Position numbers and translations under genes: made by a program. The notes under the pieces are model-generated. The model saw only the letters and a list, made by a program, of their open reading frames with translations, had not been told where the DNA came from and searched no databases. A DNA stretch of 44,668 bases from a virus, in IMG/VR virus record IMGVR_UViG_3300049032_000040, positions 1 through 44,668 of that record; one strand, given 5' to 3'. How positions within the stretch are numbered: position 1 is the stretch's first letter; every line of letters starts with the position of its first letter. Shown here one piece after another: positions 16,357 to 24,387 of this stretch.

Positions 16357-17174
16357 CAGAACCGGATCTCCTCGAGTTCGGGTCGGCGCTCGGTCATGGG
16401 TAGTCCTGCCGTGGCGTTGTTGAAGTTGTTGACGATGTTGGTGACGTTGATCTCGAACGCTTCTGCGGCGGCGTAGATGGCGTTCTCCCAGCGGTTGTCG
16501 AGGTGCACACGGTGCACCCAGAGCGGGAGGCCAGCACTGTACGAGATGTAGTCGCAATATTCGCGGCCGCTGACAACCATCCCGGTCATCATCTGCGCCA
16601 TGTTCTCGAGCGGTGGCAGGCCTCTGAGCACCGTCTTGAGGTGTTCCTTGGGGCGGCGTGACTTGATCTCGATGAGCCCGTCGTCTTTCACCAGGCCGTC
16701 AGGTGAGAACCCGATTTTGTAGTTGCCGAAGTCGCGCACCATGAACCCGATCTGTTCGACGGGGGCGAAGTTGGCGGCGTATGCATCTCGCGCGTAGGGC
16801 TCGTCGTCGTGGCCCCGCTGCATATCGAATGTGGGGTGGACATAGTCGACATTGCCTGTGATGCGTTCCGCGGCAAGTGTGTAGGTGAGTCCTCGCGATC
16901 CCTCAGTGTCGGCCACTTCGAGCACCTTCGGCAGACCTGAGACGATGGCCGATCGCTCATCGTGAACGGTCTTGATAGGCGTCGGTTCCTTGCGTGCGGC
17001 GCTCATGCACGGGCTGAATCCTGGCGCCCCGCACTTGATGCACTCGACAGTGAACGGGTCGCGTGACTTCTGGGTGATGAGTGTGCCGATCGTGCTGGCG
17101 GTGAGTAGGCCACATCTCGCGGCCAGCCACTCAGGGCTGCCTTGCTCAAGATCCGCGTAGGTGGTGAGCGTCAT
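16356..17174 (-). CDS. YqaJ-like (lambda Exo-type, PD-(D/E)XK) recombination exonuclease
   Basis: N-terminus QGSPEWLAARCGLLTASTIGTLI is typical of the YqaJ family. Confidence 0.8.
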   Translation of the reverse strand: MTLTTYADLEQGSPEWLAARCGLLTASTIGTLITQKSRDPFTVECIKCGAPGFSPCMSAARKEPTPIKTVHDERSAIVSGLPKVLEVADTEGSRGLTYTLAAERITGNVDYVHPTFDMQRGHDDEPYARDAYAANFAPVEQIGFMVRDFGNYKIGFSPDGLVKDDGLIEIKSRRPKEHLKTVLRGLPPLENMAQMMTGMVVSGREYCDYISYSAGLPLWVHRVHLDNRWENAIYAAAEAFEINVTNIVNNFNNATAGLPMTERRPELEEIRF

Positions 17175-17563
17175 TCGTTCTTCTCCTTGAGGGCGGCTAG
17201 AACAGCGCGAAGGCGACCCCGGAGGGTCGCTACGTACGCGTTACCTCGCGCCATGTCTTCGTCGTATCGGTTGCGCCAGTGGTCCGAGTTGATGACCGCC
17301 CACGCCTTGTCCGCGCGTTTCGTCAGCCACAGGATCTTTGCCTCGTACTGGTCAGCTTCTTCTTCCATCTCCTTGCGGTGGTCGATGGCGTAGGCGACGG
17401 CGATATCGGCGGGTTCGGTGTACCGCGCATCTTCGGTGCAGTAGGTCATGGGGCCGAAGAACTCGCTAGCGGTCTTCGCACCATCCATGTCGAAACCGAG
17501 AGCCTGAACCACACGAAACAAGCCATCTTCTGCGGCATCTGCGCGTTCTTTGTCGGTGTTCAT
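17171..17563 (-). CDS. Hypothetical protein (130 aa)
   Basis: ORF coupled by ATGA overlaps at both ends. Confidence 0.6.
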   Translation of the reverse strand: MNTDKERADAAEDGLFRVVQALGFDMDGAKTASEFFGPMTYCTEDARYTEPADIAVAYAIDHRKEMEEEADQYEAKILWLTKRADKAWAVINSDHWRNRYDEDMARGNAYVATLRGRLRAVLAALKEKNE

Positions 17564-17730
17564 ACGAATTCCAATCCGATGATGCCGAGGTTGTTGTATC
17601 TGGCTTCGACGTGTGCTTCTCTGAGTGCGTCTTTCCAGTAGTGGCGGGGAAATATGGCGAGGACGTATTCGCCGCGTTTGACGAGCCAGCAGCCGGATTC
17701 GGATTGTTCGACCGATATGCGTGAACTCAT
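17560..17730 (-). CDS. Hypothetical small protein (56 aa)
   Basis: ATG at 17730 in an ATGA overlap. Confidence 0.4.
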   Translation of the reverse strand: MSSRISVEQSESGCWLVKRGEYVLAIFPRHYWKDALREAHVEARYNNLGIIGLEFV

Positions 17731-17894
17731 CGGAAGCTCCTCGATACCCACATGGAGTCGGCGTATCTGATCAATCCGAGTGGCAGAACGGGCAGGTCAT
17801 AGCTGGGCTTTCCAAGGCGTCCGGTAGGCGTCTTCGGCGTCCTCTCGAACTTGATTCCAGCCTTTTTGCGTGCTTTGCGTTCGGCGTTGCTCAT
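17727..17894 (-). CDS. Hypothetical basic small protein (55 aa)
   Basis: MSNAERKARKKAGIKFERTPK... ATGA overlaps at both ends. Not in the ORF track. Confidence 0.35.
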   Translation of the reverse strand: MSNAERKARKKAGIKFERTPKTPTGRLGKPSYDLPVLPLGLIRYADSMWVSRSFR

Positions 17895-18061
17895 TGCGTC
17901 CAACCTCCCTGATCCTCGAGTCGTTTATTGCGTACTACGGATTCCCAGTAGCGGACGTGGGATTGTGCGAGTGCGATGACTGACCCGATGCCCGAGTGTT
18001 CGGCGCGGATCAGGTATTCGCGTTCTTGGGATAGCCGTGTTTCCGCCTCATCAAGAGTCAT
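17891..18061 (-). CDS. Hypothetical small protein (56 aa)
   Basis: MTLDEAETRLSQEREYLIRAEHSG... ATGA overlaps at both ends. Not in the ORF track. Confidence 0.35.
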   Translation of the reverse strand: MTLDEAETRLSQEREYLIRAEHSGIGSVIALAQSHVRYWESVVRNKRLEDQGGWTQ

Positions 18062-18369
18062 GGTGTGCTCCGAGTTAGCCTGGCCCGAATCTCACCGAGC
18101 ATTTCCAGGACCTCGCTGTTCGGCCAACGCACGTATTCCGGGCTGTCCTCGTTGGAATAGACGGTCTGGTCAATGAACCCGAGCGCATCGTGTAGTGCGA
18201 TCAATCGTTCTGAGGCAGCGCGAGTGGCCGCGACGTGATTGTTGCTTCCAGGTCGTCCATCCATGGCTTTGGCGTCATTGTCGAGCCAATAGGCAAGTTC
18301 AACATCTGACTTCTTGTCGAACATGCGCGCTGAGGTAAGTTCACTCTTGGGTGTGCTCAGACCACTCAT
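18058..18369 (-). CDS. Hypothetical protein (103 aa)
   Basis: Internal ATG at 18369 in an ATGA overlap. The remainder of the 240-aa listed ORF is an out-of-gene extension. Confidence 0.55.
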   Translation of the reverse strand: MSGLSTPKSELTSARMFDKKSDVELAYWLDNDAKAMDGRPGSNNHVAATRAASERLIALHDALGFIDQTVYSNEDSPEYVRWPNSEVLEMLGEIRARLTRSTP

Positions 18370-18533
18370 CGCCGTCTCCTCGTTTTGGTTCCGCGGCAGG
18401 TGAATGCGACTACGGCAAAGCAGGTAAAGAAGAACCCCGTCAACCAGATCGTTGCGGGGCTGTTGGGTGTGTTTGCGAGTGCTATGAGGCATGTGGCGGC
18501 GAGAGTGAACGCCGCAAAACGAATCGCCATCAT
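18366..18533 (-). CDS. Small two-TM membrane protein (55 aa)
   Basis: MMAIRFAAFTLAATCLIALA...WLTGFFFTCFAVVAFTC. ATG at 18533 coupled to the upstream stop. Confidence 0.45.
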   Translation of the reverse strand: MMAIRFAAFTLAATCLIALANTPNSPATIWLTGFFFTCFAVVAFTCRGTKTRRRR

Positions 18534-19120
18534 GTCGGCTCCTTGATCCAGTTGTGGACGTCGCCAATGTTGACGATTCGGCGCCACGCATCCCAGGAGA
18601 CACACAACTCGCGACCCGTTGTTGATCCCGACGTTGGGTGCGAATGGTGGGTGTGAGCGTGGATGAGTCGTTCTCCCAGGTCGGGGAGTCGGAACTGCTC
18701 GTAGCGTGCGTGTCCACGACCCGGACCGTCACCCTGCGACATGTAGGGGTAGTGGCTGAGGAGGATCTGCTGCCCCTCAATTCGGATGCGGGCGAAGTCT
18801 TTGATGTCCTCGAAGGTCTCGCGGAATAGCCACAGGTCGGGCGACTTGCGGCGGTGAATCCCGCTCACCGAGTCGTGGTTACCGGCGACCAGGATCTTGC
18901 GCCCGGGAAGCATGTTGAGCACGTTAAGTGCATGGATCTCTCCGGTGCGGGAACCACCCGAGATGTCACCCATCACGTAGACGAGATCGTCCGGGCGTAC
19001 TTGTCGTTCCCAGCGTCGGAAGATGGCGAGGTCGTGGGCTTCCGTTGAATCGAAACCGCGAATCTCCGACACCTTCTGATGTCCGAAGTGTGGGTCTCCA
19101 ATGAACCATGTGCCCGTCAT
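18530..19120 (-). CDS. Metallophosphoesterase (calcineurin-like phosphatase)
   Basis: Motifs GDPHFGH, GDISGG, GNHD and HAHTHH. ATG at 19120 in an ATGA overlap. Confidence 0.8.
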   Translation of the reverse strand: MTGTWFIGDPHFGHQKVSEIRGFDSTEAHDLAIFRRWERQVRPDDLVYVMGDISGGSRTGEIHALNVLNMLPGRKILVAGNHDSVSGIHRRKSPDLWLFRETFEDIKDFARIRIEGQQILLSHYPYMSQGDGPGRGHARYEQFRLPDLGERLIHAHTHHSHPTSGSTTGRELCVSWDAWRRIVNIGDVHNWIKEPT

Positions 19121-19269
19121 CGCACCGCTTCTCTCTGTTCGCTGGTCATGAACGTGACCCGTCGTCCGAGTGTTTGTGCAACGTCGTCCCACATGTCACT
19201 GAGACCGATCCGGTATGCGAGGTTCAACCTGTTGCCGTCCACAAGGGCACGGAAAATAGCGTCATCCAT
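19117..19269 (-). CDS. Hypothetical small protein (50 aa)
   Basis: ATG at 19269 preceded by AAAGGA. Confidence 0.4.
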   Translation of the reverse strand: MDDAIFRALVDGNRLNLAYRIGLSDMWDDVAQTLGRRVTFMTSEQREAVR

Positions 19270-19283
19270 GATTAGTTCCTTTG

Positions 19284-19415
19284 CTATCCGAAGCAGGCCG
19301 CGCAACTGCAATGTGCGACGTAGTACGGTCTGTAGTGGCATTTGCGGGATGGTTCATGTGCAGGAGCGCCCGGAATCAGACACGTCTTGCACTCGGTGTC
19401 AGTCGCATCGGTCAT
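19284..19415 (-). CDS. Small Cys-rich protein (43 aa)
   Basis: MTDATDTECKTCLIPG...CHYRPYYVAHCSCAAC. ATGA overlap with the upstream stop. Confidence 0.35.
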   Translation of the reverse strand: MTDATDTECKTCLIPGAPAHEPSRKCHYRPYYVAHCSCAACFG

Positions 19416-19651
19416 GTTGATTCCGTCCAGGCGCGGTGTGTTTTGCATACGCCGCCCCATGTCCATATCGTGCCGTTCTGGGTTTCGAACTTTTGCTCCC
19501 ACGGGTGCGCGCTGAATCGATAGCATTCCGGGCACGGGGCGAAACGTGCAGGCCAGCGAGAGTGGTTATCACGAGCGCACTCGATCTCGTCTTCCTCCGT
19601 CATGCCCCAGTCGATCTCATTCAGGATCTCGACCCTTGTCGGCTCGTTCAT
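19412..19651 (-). CDS. Hypothetical protein (79 aa)
   Basis: ORF in the operon orientation. Confidence 0.55.
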   Translation of the reverse strand: MNEPTRVEILNEIDWGMTEEDEIECARDNHSRWPARFAPCPECYRFSAHPWEQKFETQNGTIWTWGGVCKTHRAWTEST

Positions 19652-19767
19652 CGGTGTATTCCTTTGTTCATTGCGCGTTGGTATGCGAGCGTGCCAACAA
19701 CCACACCCGCATCACGAAGACGACGATCACGGACACGACGACACAAGAACGCGAATGGCCTAAGCAT
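19648..19767 (-). CDS. Hypothetical basic mini-protein (39 aa)
   Basis: ATG at 19767 overlaps the upstream stop by 8 nt. Its TGA overlaps the next ATG. Confidence 0.3.
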   Translation of the reverse strand: MLRPFAFLCRRVRDRRLRDAGVVVGTLAYQRAMNKGIHR

Positions 19768-19957
19768 CAGCGCGCTCCCTGTTCTTGCGTACCGCGTGCG
19801 TGTAAGCCCGCGCCCACTCCATTGCCTGCCGATGCGATCGGAACTTGGCAACGTCGCCGAAGCCGTCCTGAACCACCCACCACGTACCGAAGAACATCCC
19901 CAGCAGATCGTCATCACGACGGACGCGCGCTCGAAACAGATCGTTCATGTCGTTCAC
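19760..19957 (-). CDS. Hypothetical protein (65 aa)
   Basis: GGAGTG upstream of the ATG at 19957. First gene after a noncoding gap of about 430 bp. Confidence 0.5.
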   Translation of the reverse strand: MNDMNDLFRARVRRDDDLLGMFFGTWWVVQDGFGDVAKFRSHRQAMEWARAYTHAVRKNRERADA

Positions 19958-20392
19958 TCCTTCGTGTCATCACCAAACTTCTTCTTGTGGGTGTCAGTGA
20001 CTCGAACACTGATGTATGCCGTTCACCCGCCAGGTTCCCCATCCGTTCGCCTATGCAGTGACTTGCCGCACGAACGGTTCTAGCCGCACAACCCCCGACG
20101 ATCCGGGAACAGTCAGATGTACTAGCCGTGGGAACCTTCAAAACTCCACACCCCGCCCTCACGAGACGGAGCAGCCACACAACCCAATGCGTGGACCTCA
20201 CACCCAGACGCCATCCGCACCATTTAGCGGCCTCCATCACGTCCAAACGCTTACCTCTATGTAGTTGGCCCGGTCTCCCCTTAGCCGTTCGGTTGACGGG
20301 ATGGGGTCGGGATTCAGTTGTGGCCGCACGAATCGCGCGACGAGTAGCGCTACCCCCAGCGACGGGAGTAGAGCCGGATCAGATGACGGGGA

Positions 20393-20605
20393 TCAGCCGG
20401 AGAAAGCCACTGGCAATCGAGTCAGAACCTCGGCGGCATGTGCGGCCTGAGCGTCAGACCATGCTGCAAATCGGCAGTGCTTCTGTGCCTCGATGAATCC
20501 GGTTCGCCACGACTCTCGTGAGGCTTCGGGGATCTCGCGGAACTTGAGGAGGACGGCGTTGCTCGGGTTCGTCTGCGGGTACAGGGTGGAAGCGAACTGA
20601 GTCAT
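20393..20605 (-). CDS. Hypothetical protein (70 aa)
   Basis: ATGA-coupled to the Xis-like gene. Confidence 0.5.
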   Translation of the reverse strand: MTQFASTLYPQTNPSNAVLLKFREIPEASRESWRTGFIEAQKHCRFAAWSDAQAAHAAEVLTRLPVAFSG

Positions 20606-20802
20606 GATTCGACCGCCCGTTCGACGCGGACGAGTCGTGCACGGTTCCAGTCGTCGAGATCCGATTCGTAGAAAGCGTTGCGGCGACCCTGTTTGAAGTA
20701 GACGGGTCCGACTCCCTCACTGATGAGGTTGTAGAGGGACTGTGCCGATGCGAGGCCACAGTATGCGGCGGCCTGTGCGGTCGTGTAGATGGGGGCGCTC
20801 AT
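20602..20802 (-). CDS. Excisionase / MerR-type HTH DNA-binding protein
   Basis: YTTAQAAAYCGLASAQSLYNLISEGVGPVYFKQGRRNAFYESDLDDW matches the Xis/AlpA-type HTH pattern. Confidence 0.65.
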   Translation of the reverse strand: MSAPIYTTAQAAAYCGLASAQSLYNLISEGVGPVYFKQGRRNAFYESDLDDWNRARLVRVERAVES

Positions 20803-21005
20803 GGTCCGACCACTGTCTGCAACTCGACGTTGAGTGCGGGTGCGATGAGGGACGCATATTCGACGGTGAGGGGCCGGCGTCCCTTGAGCTGGTTGAGGAG
20901 CGACTTGTAGGGAAGTCCGGTCTGGCGGTGCAGCTCAAGGACTGAGTAGCCCGCTTGCTTGCGGAGGTGGTCGAGCCTTGCTGCGACCGGGATTTTGTTT
21001 GCCAT
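20799..21005 (-). CDS. Cro-like XRE-family HTH regulator (68 aa; leaderless start proposed)
   Basis: HTH segment YSVLELHRQTGLPYKSLLNQLKG. The ATG at 21005 lies 6 nt downstream of a -10 TACCTT. Confidence 0.7.
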   Translation of the reverse strand: MANKIPVAARLDHLRKQAGYSVLELHRQTGLPYKSLLNQLKGRRPLTVEYASLIAPALNVELQTVVGP

Positions 21006-21011
21006 GTCCTC

Positions 21012-21040
21012 AAGGTATTCCCCAATGAGGGAAAAGCCAA
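21012..21040 (-). promoter_or_regulatory. Leftward early promoter with operator O1 in its spacer
   Basis: On the minus strand: TTGGCT (21040..21035), a 17-nt spacer, TACCTT (21017..21012), 6 nt, then the ATG at 21005. The spacer is TTCCC-N6-GGGAA (21018..21033). Confidence 0.5.
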
Positions 21041-21072
21041 GCGTTTGATACATGGATTTTCAGGTTTGTGGT

Positions 21073-21089
21073 TTCCCACATGAGGGGAA
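21073..21089. promoter_or_regulatory. Operator-like inverted repeat O2 (TTCCC-N7-GGGAA)
   Basis: TTCCCACATGAGGGGAA lies in the centre of the divergent intergenic region. Confidence 0.45.
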
Positions 21090-21128
21090 CACTAGCCTTG
21101 GAGGTTGTCTACTAGCCGAACCGGAATA

Positions 21129-21158
21129 TTGGGCGTTTCCCGGAAAAGGGAATACACT
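21129..21158 (+). promoter_or_regulatory. Rightward promoter with operator O3 in its spacer
   Basis: TTGGGC (21129..21134), an 18-nt spacer, TACACT (21153..21158), 6 nt, then the ATG at 21165. The spacer holds TTCCC-N6-GGGAA (21137..21152). Confidence 0.45.
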
Positions 21159-21164
21159 CAAAGG

Positions 21165-21446
21165 ATGGCTACACCAACATCTGAGCAGATCCGTCAGGCG
21201 ATGGGTGATCTCATCAACGCTGTCTACGGTGACTTCACCGCCGCCGCCAGGGAACTCCCTTACCCGTACAAGACGTTGTGGAAGAACTTCAGCGAGCCGG
21301 GGAACAAGGACCGCACGAAGACGGTCACCCTTGACCTGGTGATGGGGATCTATGCGGCGTTAAAGGAGCGCAACCCGAAGATCCCCGACTTCTCCTTGTT
21401 CCTGTCGCTTGTCGCCGCGGGTGAGCGCGTTGATCAGATCATCTAG
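21165..21446 (+). CDS. Candidate CI-like immunity regulator (93 aa)
   Basis: Divergent from the Cro-like gene. The ATG at 21165 follows the rightward promoter. Possible HTH around AARELPYPYKTLWKNF. The function is positional inference. Confidence 0.45.
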   Translation: MATPTSEQIRQAMGDLINAVYGDFTAAARELPYPYKTLWKNFSEPGNKDRTKTVTLDLVMGIYAALKERNPKIPDFSLFLSLVAAGERVDQII

Positions 21447-21701
21447 GCTCATGCAGTTTGCCCCTTCGAGGAAAGCGGGGCATACGGTGGCGCAAGCTTT
21501 GAGGCCGGAGCAGATTGTCATGGGGCACCTTCGTTGGTGGGGAGGCGGGGTCCGGGCCTCGTGTGGGGTTGGCGGGAGTCTATATCAGATTCGGCTTTGG
21601 ATTAACATACCCACCGTTTCGAATGTTTGTTCGAGAGTAGCTGGGGCCGCTGACATTGGGAAGGGGCATCATGCCTAGTGTCATCCGATCCCCTCACTGT
21701 C

Positions 21702-21730
21702 TATACATTCGTCTTTACCGGTGGTAGACT
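21702..21730 (+). promoter_or_regulatory. Candidate promoter for the integrase operon
   Basis: TATACA, a 17-nt spacer, then TAGACT. Lies about 45 nt upstream of the ATG at 21777, which has a GGGAAGGTGGGG SD. Confidence 0.3.
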
Positions 21731-21776
21731 GTAGGCGCACCAACCGAACGTCGGAGGGTGCTGGGAAGGTGGGGAC

Positions 21777-21935
21777 ATGAGTGCCAGGGACTACGCGCTG
21801 AGGATCACCGTGAATGCCGAACCAATAGGCGGTGGCAAGGAATCCCTCGACGTTGACATCGACATCGTCGAGCCAGGCACGAAGGAATGGGCGGCGGGGC
21901 TTCTGCGCCAGATCGCAGAGGACTTAGAGCGATGA
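21777..21935 (+). CDS. Hypothetical acidic small protein (52 aa)
   Basis: MSARDYALRITVNAEPIGGGKESLDVDIDIVEPGTKEW... with a good SD. Not in the ORF track. Confidence 0.4.
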   Translation: MSARDYALRITVNAEPIGGGKESLDVDIDIVEPGTKEWAAGLLRQIAEDLER

Positions 21936-21945
21936 ACGGCGGTGC

Positions 21946-22197
21946 ATGATGGGTAGCGTGCCACCGCGGACGACTGACTCCCGGACGCAACAGCTGAGGT
22001 CTCTCATCGATACCCTCGTCGGCGTCGTGGAGCGCCGCGGCGGTTTAATCAAGCAGGATGTGGCGGCTCAAGAGTTTGGACAGATGAGCGGCGTCTTCGG
22101 TCCCGATTTCTACTACGTGGTCAACTCGGCTGTGGCAGATGGAAGGATTACCACCAGTCTCCGATCTGGAATCCTACGACTTGCGGACGGTGCATGA
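21946..22197 (+). CDS. Hypothetical protein (83 aa), starts MMGSV
   Basis: Preceded by, and containing, the 21-nt motif GGTGCATGATGGGTAGCGTGC (21941..21961). Confidence 0.55.
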   Translation: MMGSVPPRTTDSRTQQLRSLIDTLVGVVERRGGLIKQDVAAQEFGQMSGVFGPDFYYVVNSAVADGRITTSLRSGILRLADGA

Positions 22198-22340
22198 TGG
22201 GTAGCGTGCAGACCCCGGTGACGAACTTCCGCATCCCGCCCGACATCAAGGCCGCGGCCCAGGCGAAAGCGGAAGCCGAGGGCAAGACGCTCTCCCGCGT
22301 CGTCATCGACCTCCTGCGCGAGTACGCGCGCGATGCCTAG
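22194..22340 (+). CDS. Ribbon-helix-helix protein (48 aa) translationally coupled to the integrase
   Basis: MMGSVQTPVTNFRIPPDIKAAAQAKAEAEGKTLSRVVIDLLREYARDA has the beta-alpha-alpha pattern of the CopG/Arc family. Its stop overlaps the int ATG by 8 nt. Not in the ORF track. Confidence 0.6.
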   Translation: MMGSVQTPVTNFRIPPDIKAAAQAKAEAEGKTLSRVVIDLLREYARDA

Positions 22341-23478
22341 ACCACCACTCCCCCTAGAGACGTACGGGAAGATCAGCACCACGACACGTAACGGCAAGCC
22401 TGCTGCGATCACGTACTACCGGGACTCGGATGGTGTGACGCGCCGCATGTTGCGTACCGGGAAGACGGATGCTGCTGCTGTGCGCGCGTTGAAGGAAGCG
22501 TTGCGTGACAGGTTGGCGCCGGCTGGTGATGTGATCACTGCTGAGTCGACTGTTGAAGCCCTCGCCGCATCGTGGAAAGCAGAGATGCTGTCGGATGAGA
22601 AGTTGTCGGACGGTACGAAGCGCACCTACCAGGACGCGTTGAAGACTGTGCTGCGTGGCCTGTCTGGTGTGCGTGTGGTTGAGTGCACCCCCGCGAAACT
22701 GCACAAGTACATTCAGGCGGTTGCGAAGACGACGCCGGGTGCTGCACGTACGGCCCGGATTGTGTTGAAGCACATGTTTGATCATGCGGTGTGGGCTGGT
22801 GCGGTGTCTTCGAACCCGGTTGGTGAGACGAAGGCTGTGACTCCGCGTGCCCCGAACGTGAAGGCGTTGCGTGCGGGTGATATTGCGACTATTCGGGATC
22901 TGCTTGAGGTGTGGGATTCGGGGTTGGATAAGTATCAGCGGCCCCGGAATGGTTCGGTGCGGGACACGATGGACATGTATGCGTCGACTGGTGCGCGTAC
23001 GTCTGAGGTGTTGGCGCTCAGATGGACCGATTTCGACTTCACGACAGACCCGCCGACTGTCACGTTGAACGGAACCGTCGTGCGCGGACTGGACGGCAAG
23101 CTGGTGATTCAGGATCGCATGAAGACCGACAAGTCACACCGACAGCTCGAACTCCCCCCGTTCGTGGTGCCGATGCTCACAGAACGCGCCAGGACGGCCT
23201 ACAGCGAGCTTGTTTTCCCGTCCGCGGTAGGCACGCCGCGTTGGCCCGACAACCTCCGTAGGGACTGGCGCAACGCGTTGGACGGCACCATCTATGCTCG
23301 GGTCACTCCGGGTGCGTTCCGTAAGGCTGTGGCGACGTTGCTTGCGGAAGAGATGGGTGCTGAGGCGGCACGCGATCAGCTCGGGCATACGGGCTTCGGT
23401 AATCTGAAGAACTATGTGGAGCGTGCGTCTCGTGGGCCGGCGTCTGCTGGCACCGTACAGAAACTCTTGGACAAGTAG
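22333..23478 (+). CDS. int: Tyrosine integrase (phage integrase family)
   Basis: 381 aa. N-terminal SAM-like domain. Catalytic-region motifs ARTSEVLALRW, HRQLELP, FRKAVAT and LGHTGFGNLKNYVE. Confidence 0.9.
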   Translation: MPRPPLPLETYGKISTTTRNGKPAAITYYRDSDGVTRRMLRTGKTDAAAVRALKEALRDRLAPAGDVITAESTVEALAASWKAEMLSDEKLSDGTKRTYQDALKTVLRGLSGVRVVECTPAKLHKYIQAVAKTTPGAARTARIVLKHMFDHAVWAGAVSSNPVGETKAVTPRAPNVKALRAGDIATIRDLLEVWDSGLDKYQRPRNGSVRDTMDMYASTGARTSEVLALRWTDFDFTTDPPTVTLNGTVVRGLDGKLVIQDRMKTDKSHRQLELPPFVVPMLTERARTAYSELVFPSAVGTPRWPDNLRRDWRNALDGTIYARVTPGAFRKAVATLLAEEMGAEAARDQLGHTGFGNLKNYVERASRGPASAGTVQKLLDK

Positions 23479-23487
23479 ACCTAGCGG

Positions 23488-23521
23488 GGTGTATGTACAC
23501 CTGGTAAGATGTATGTACACC
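23488..23521 (+). promoter_or_regulatory. Promoter with two 14-bp palindromic operators (sites A and B)
   Basis: GGTGTATGTACACC (23488..23501). Extended -10 TGGTAAGAT (23502..23510). GATGTATGTACACC (23508..23521). GGAG SD and the ATG at 23538 follow. Confidence 0.55.
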
Positions 23522-23537
23522 CACCGATTGGAGCATC

Positions 23538-23816
23538 ATGCCTGAACCCCGGATCTACACGTCGCCCGTGGAGATCGACCTGGAAGTGATGGGCGAGTAT
23601 GCGCAGATCAGATTCTGCGACACTGGCGCATCGTACTGGGACGGTTCGCGGGTCATCCTCACCGAGCAGAAAGACGCAGACCTCGTCCGAGAGATCGCCG
23701 CTTCCATCAAGGACGAAGCGACCGAGCTTGCTCGGTCCATGGTTGCCGACATGCGACGACGCACGAACGGCAAGTCCCTCAAGCAGATGGTCACTGAACT
23801 AGAGAGCGGTGCATGA
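23538..23816 (+). CDS. Hypothetical protein (92 aa)
   Basis: ORF with an SD. Ends ...ELESGA in the conserved junction motif. Confidence 0.6.
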   Translation: MPEPRIYTSPVEIDLEVMGEYAQIRFCDTGASYWDGSRVILTEQKDADLVREIAASIKDEATELARSMVADMRRRTNGKSLKQMVTELESGA

Positions 23817-24232
23817 TGGGCGTGATCACCTTCGAGAACATTGAGGACGCGGCTCGCATCGTCTATGGCACGTCGCCTGTGTCCGTGATCACCCCCTGGG
23901 ATCAGGCAAGCCACGAAAGGCGAGAGCCGTTCATTCGCGCAGCAGTTCAGGCGATGAACGTGCTCATCAAGTCTGGTGAAACCGAGTATCAGGTTACCGA
24001 TGGTGAGGGTGACGCTTGGGCCTGGTCGGATGACATCGATGAGGCGTTGCACTATCTCGCGCAGGAGCCAGGAGGGCGTCTCGAGGTTCGTTCCGTGTTG
24101 AACTGGGCACCGATCAAGTCGGGCGGCGTGGAAGACAAGCTTTGCTGGTGTTCGCGGTGTGATCAGCCGTTGTGGGTTGCACTGGACGGCGGCTCAACTT
24201 GCGCATGTGGCGTGGTCCACACGGTGAAGTGA
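23813..24232 (+). CDS. Hypothetical protein with a C-terminal zinc ribbon (139 aa)
   Basis: Starts MMGV in the junction motif. C-terminus CWCSRCDQPLWVALDGGSTCACG. Confidence 0.6.
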   Translation: MMGVITFENIEDAARIVYGTSPVSVITPWDQASHERREPFIRAAVQAMNVLIKSGETEYQVTDGEGDAWAWSDDIDEALHYLAQEPGGRLEVRSVLNWAPIKSGGVEDKLCWCSRCDQPLWVALDGGSTCACGVVHTVK

Positions 24233-24353
24233 TGTGGTGCTGGGTCTATCGGGGCGGGGAACAGTCCAAGGGTTACCGGGCAACAAGCACCGGGCCGCGG
24301 GGACGGCATGGAGGAACCGAGCACTCCACCAAGATCGACGACCCGGCGTCAGT

Positions 24354-24375
24354 AAACAGCCACTAAACAGCCACC
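24354..24375 (+). repeat. 22-bp direct repeat, copy 1 (candidate integrase arm-type site)
   Basis: AAACAGCCACTAAACAGCCACC. Internally it is two AAACMGCCAC units. Confidence 0.8.
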
Positions 24376-24387
24376 GGGCACGAAAAA

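Noticed and set aside
19914-20246. 110-aa minus-strand ORF and the overlapping plus-strand ORFs in the 19.96-20.39 kb gap
   Set aside because: The translations are W/R/C/S-rich and implausible, there are no SDs, and the frames mutually overlap. The region is treated as noncoding.
21459-21482. Hairpin TGCCCC-N12-GGGGCA after the CI-like gene as a terminator
   Set aside because: It has a 6-bp stem, a 12-nt loop and no T-tract on the plus strand. It is noted but not annotated as a terminator.
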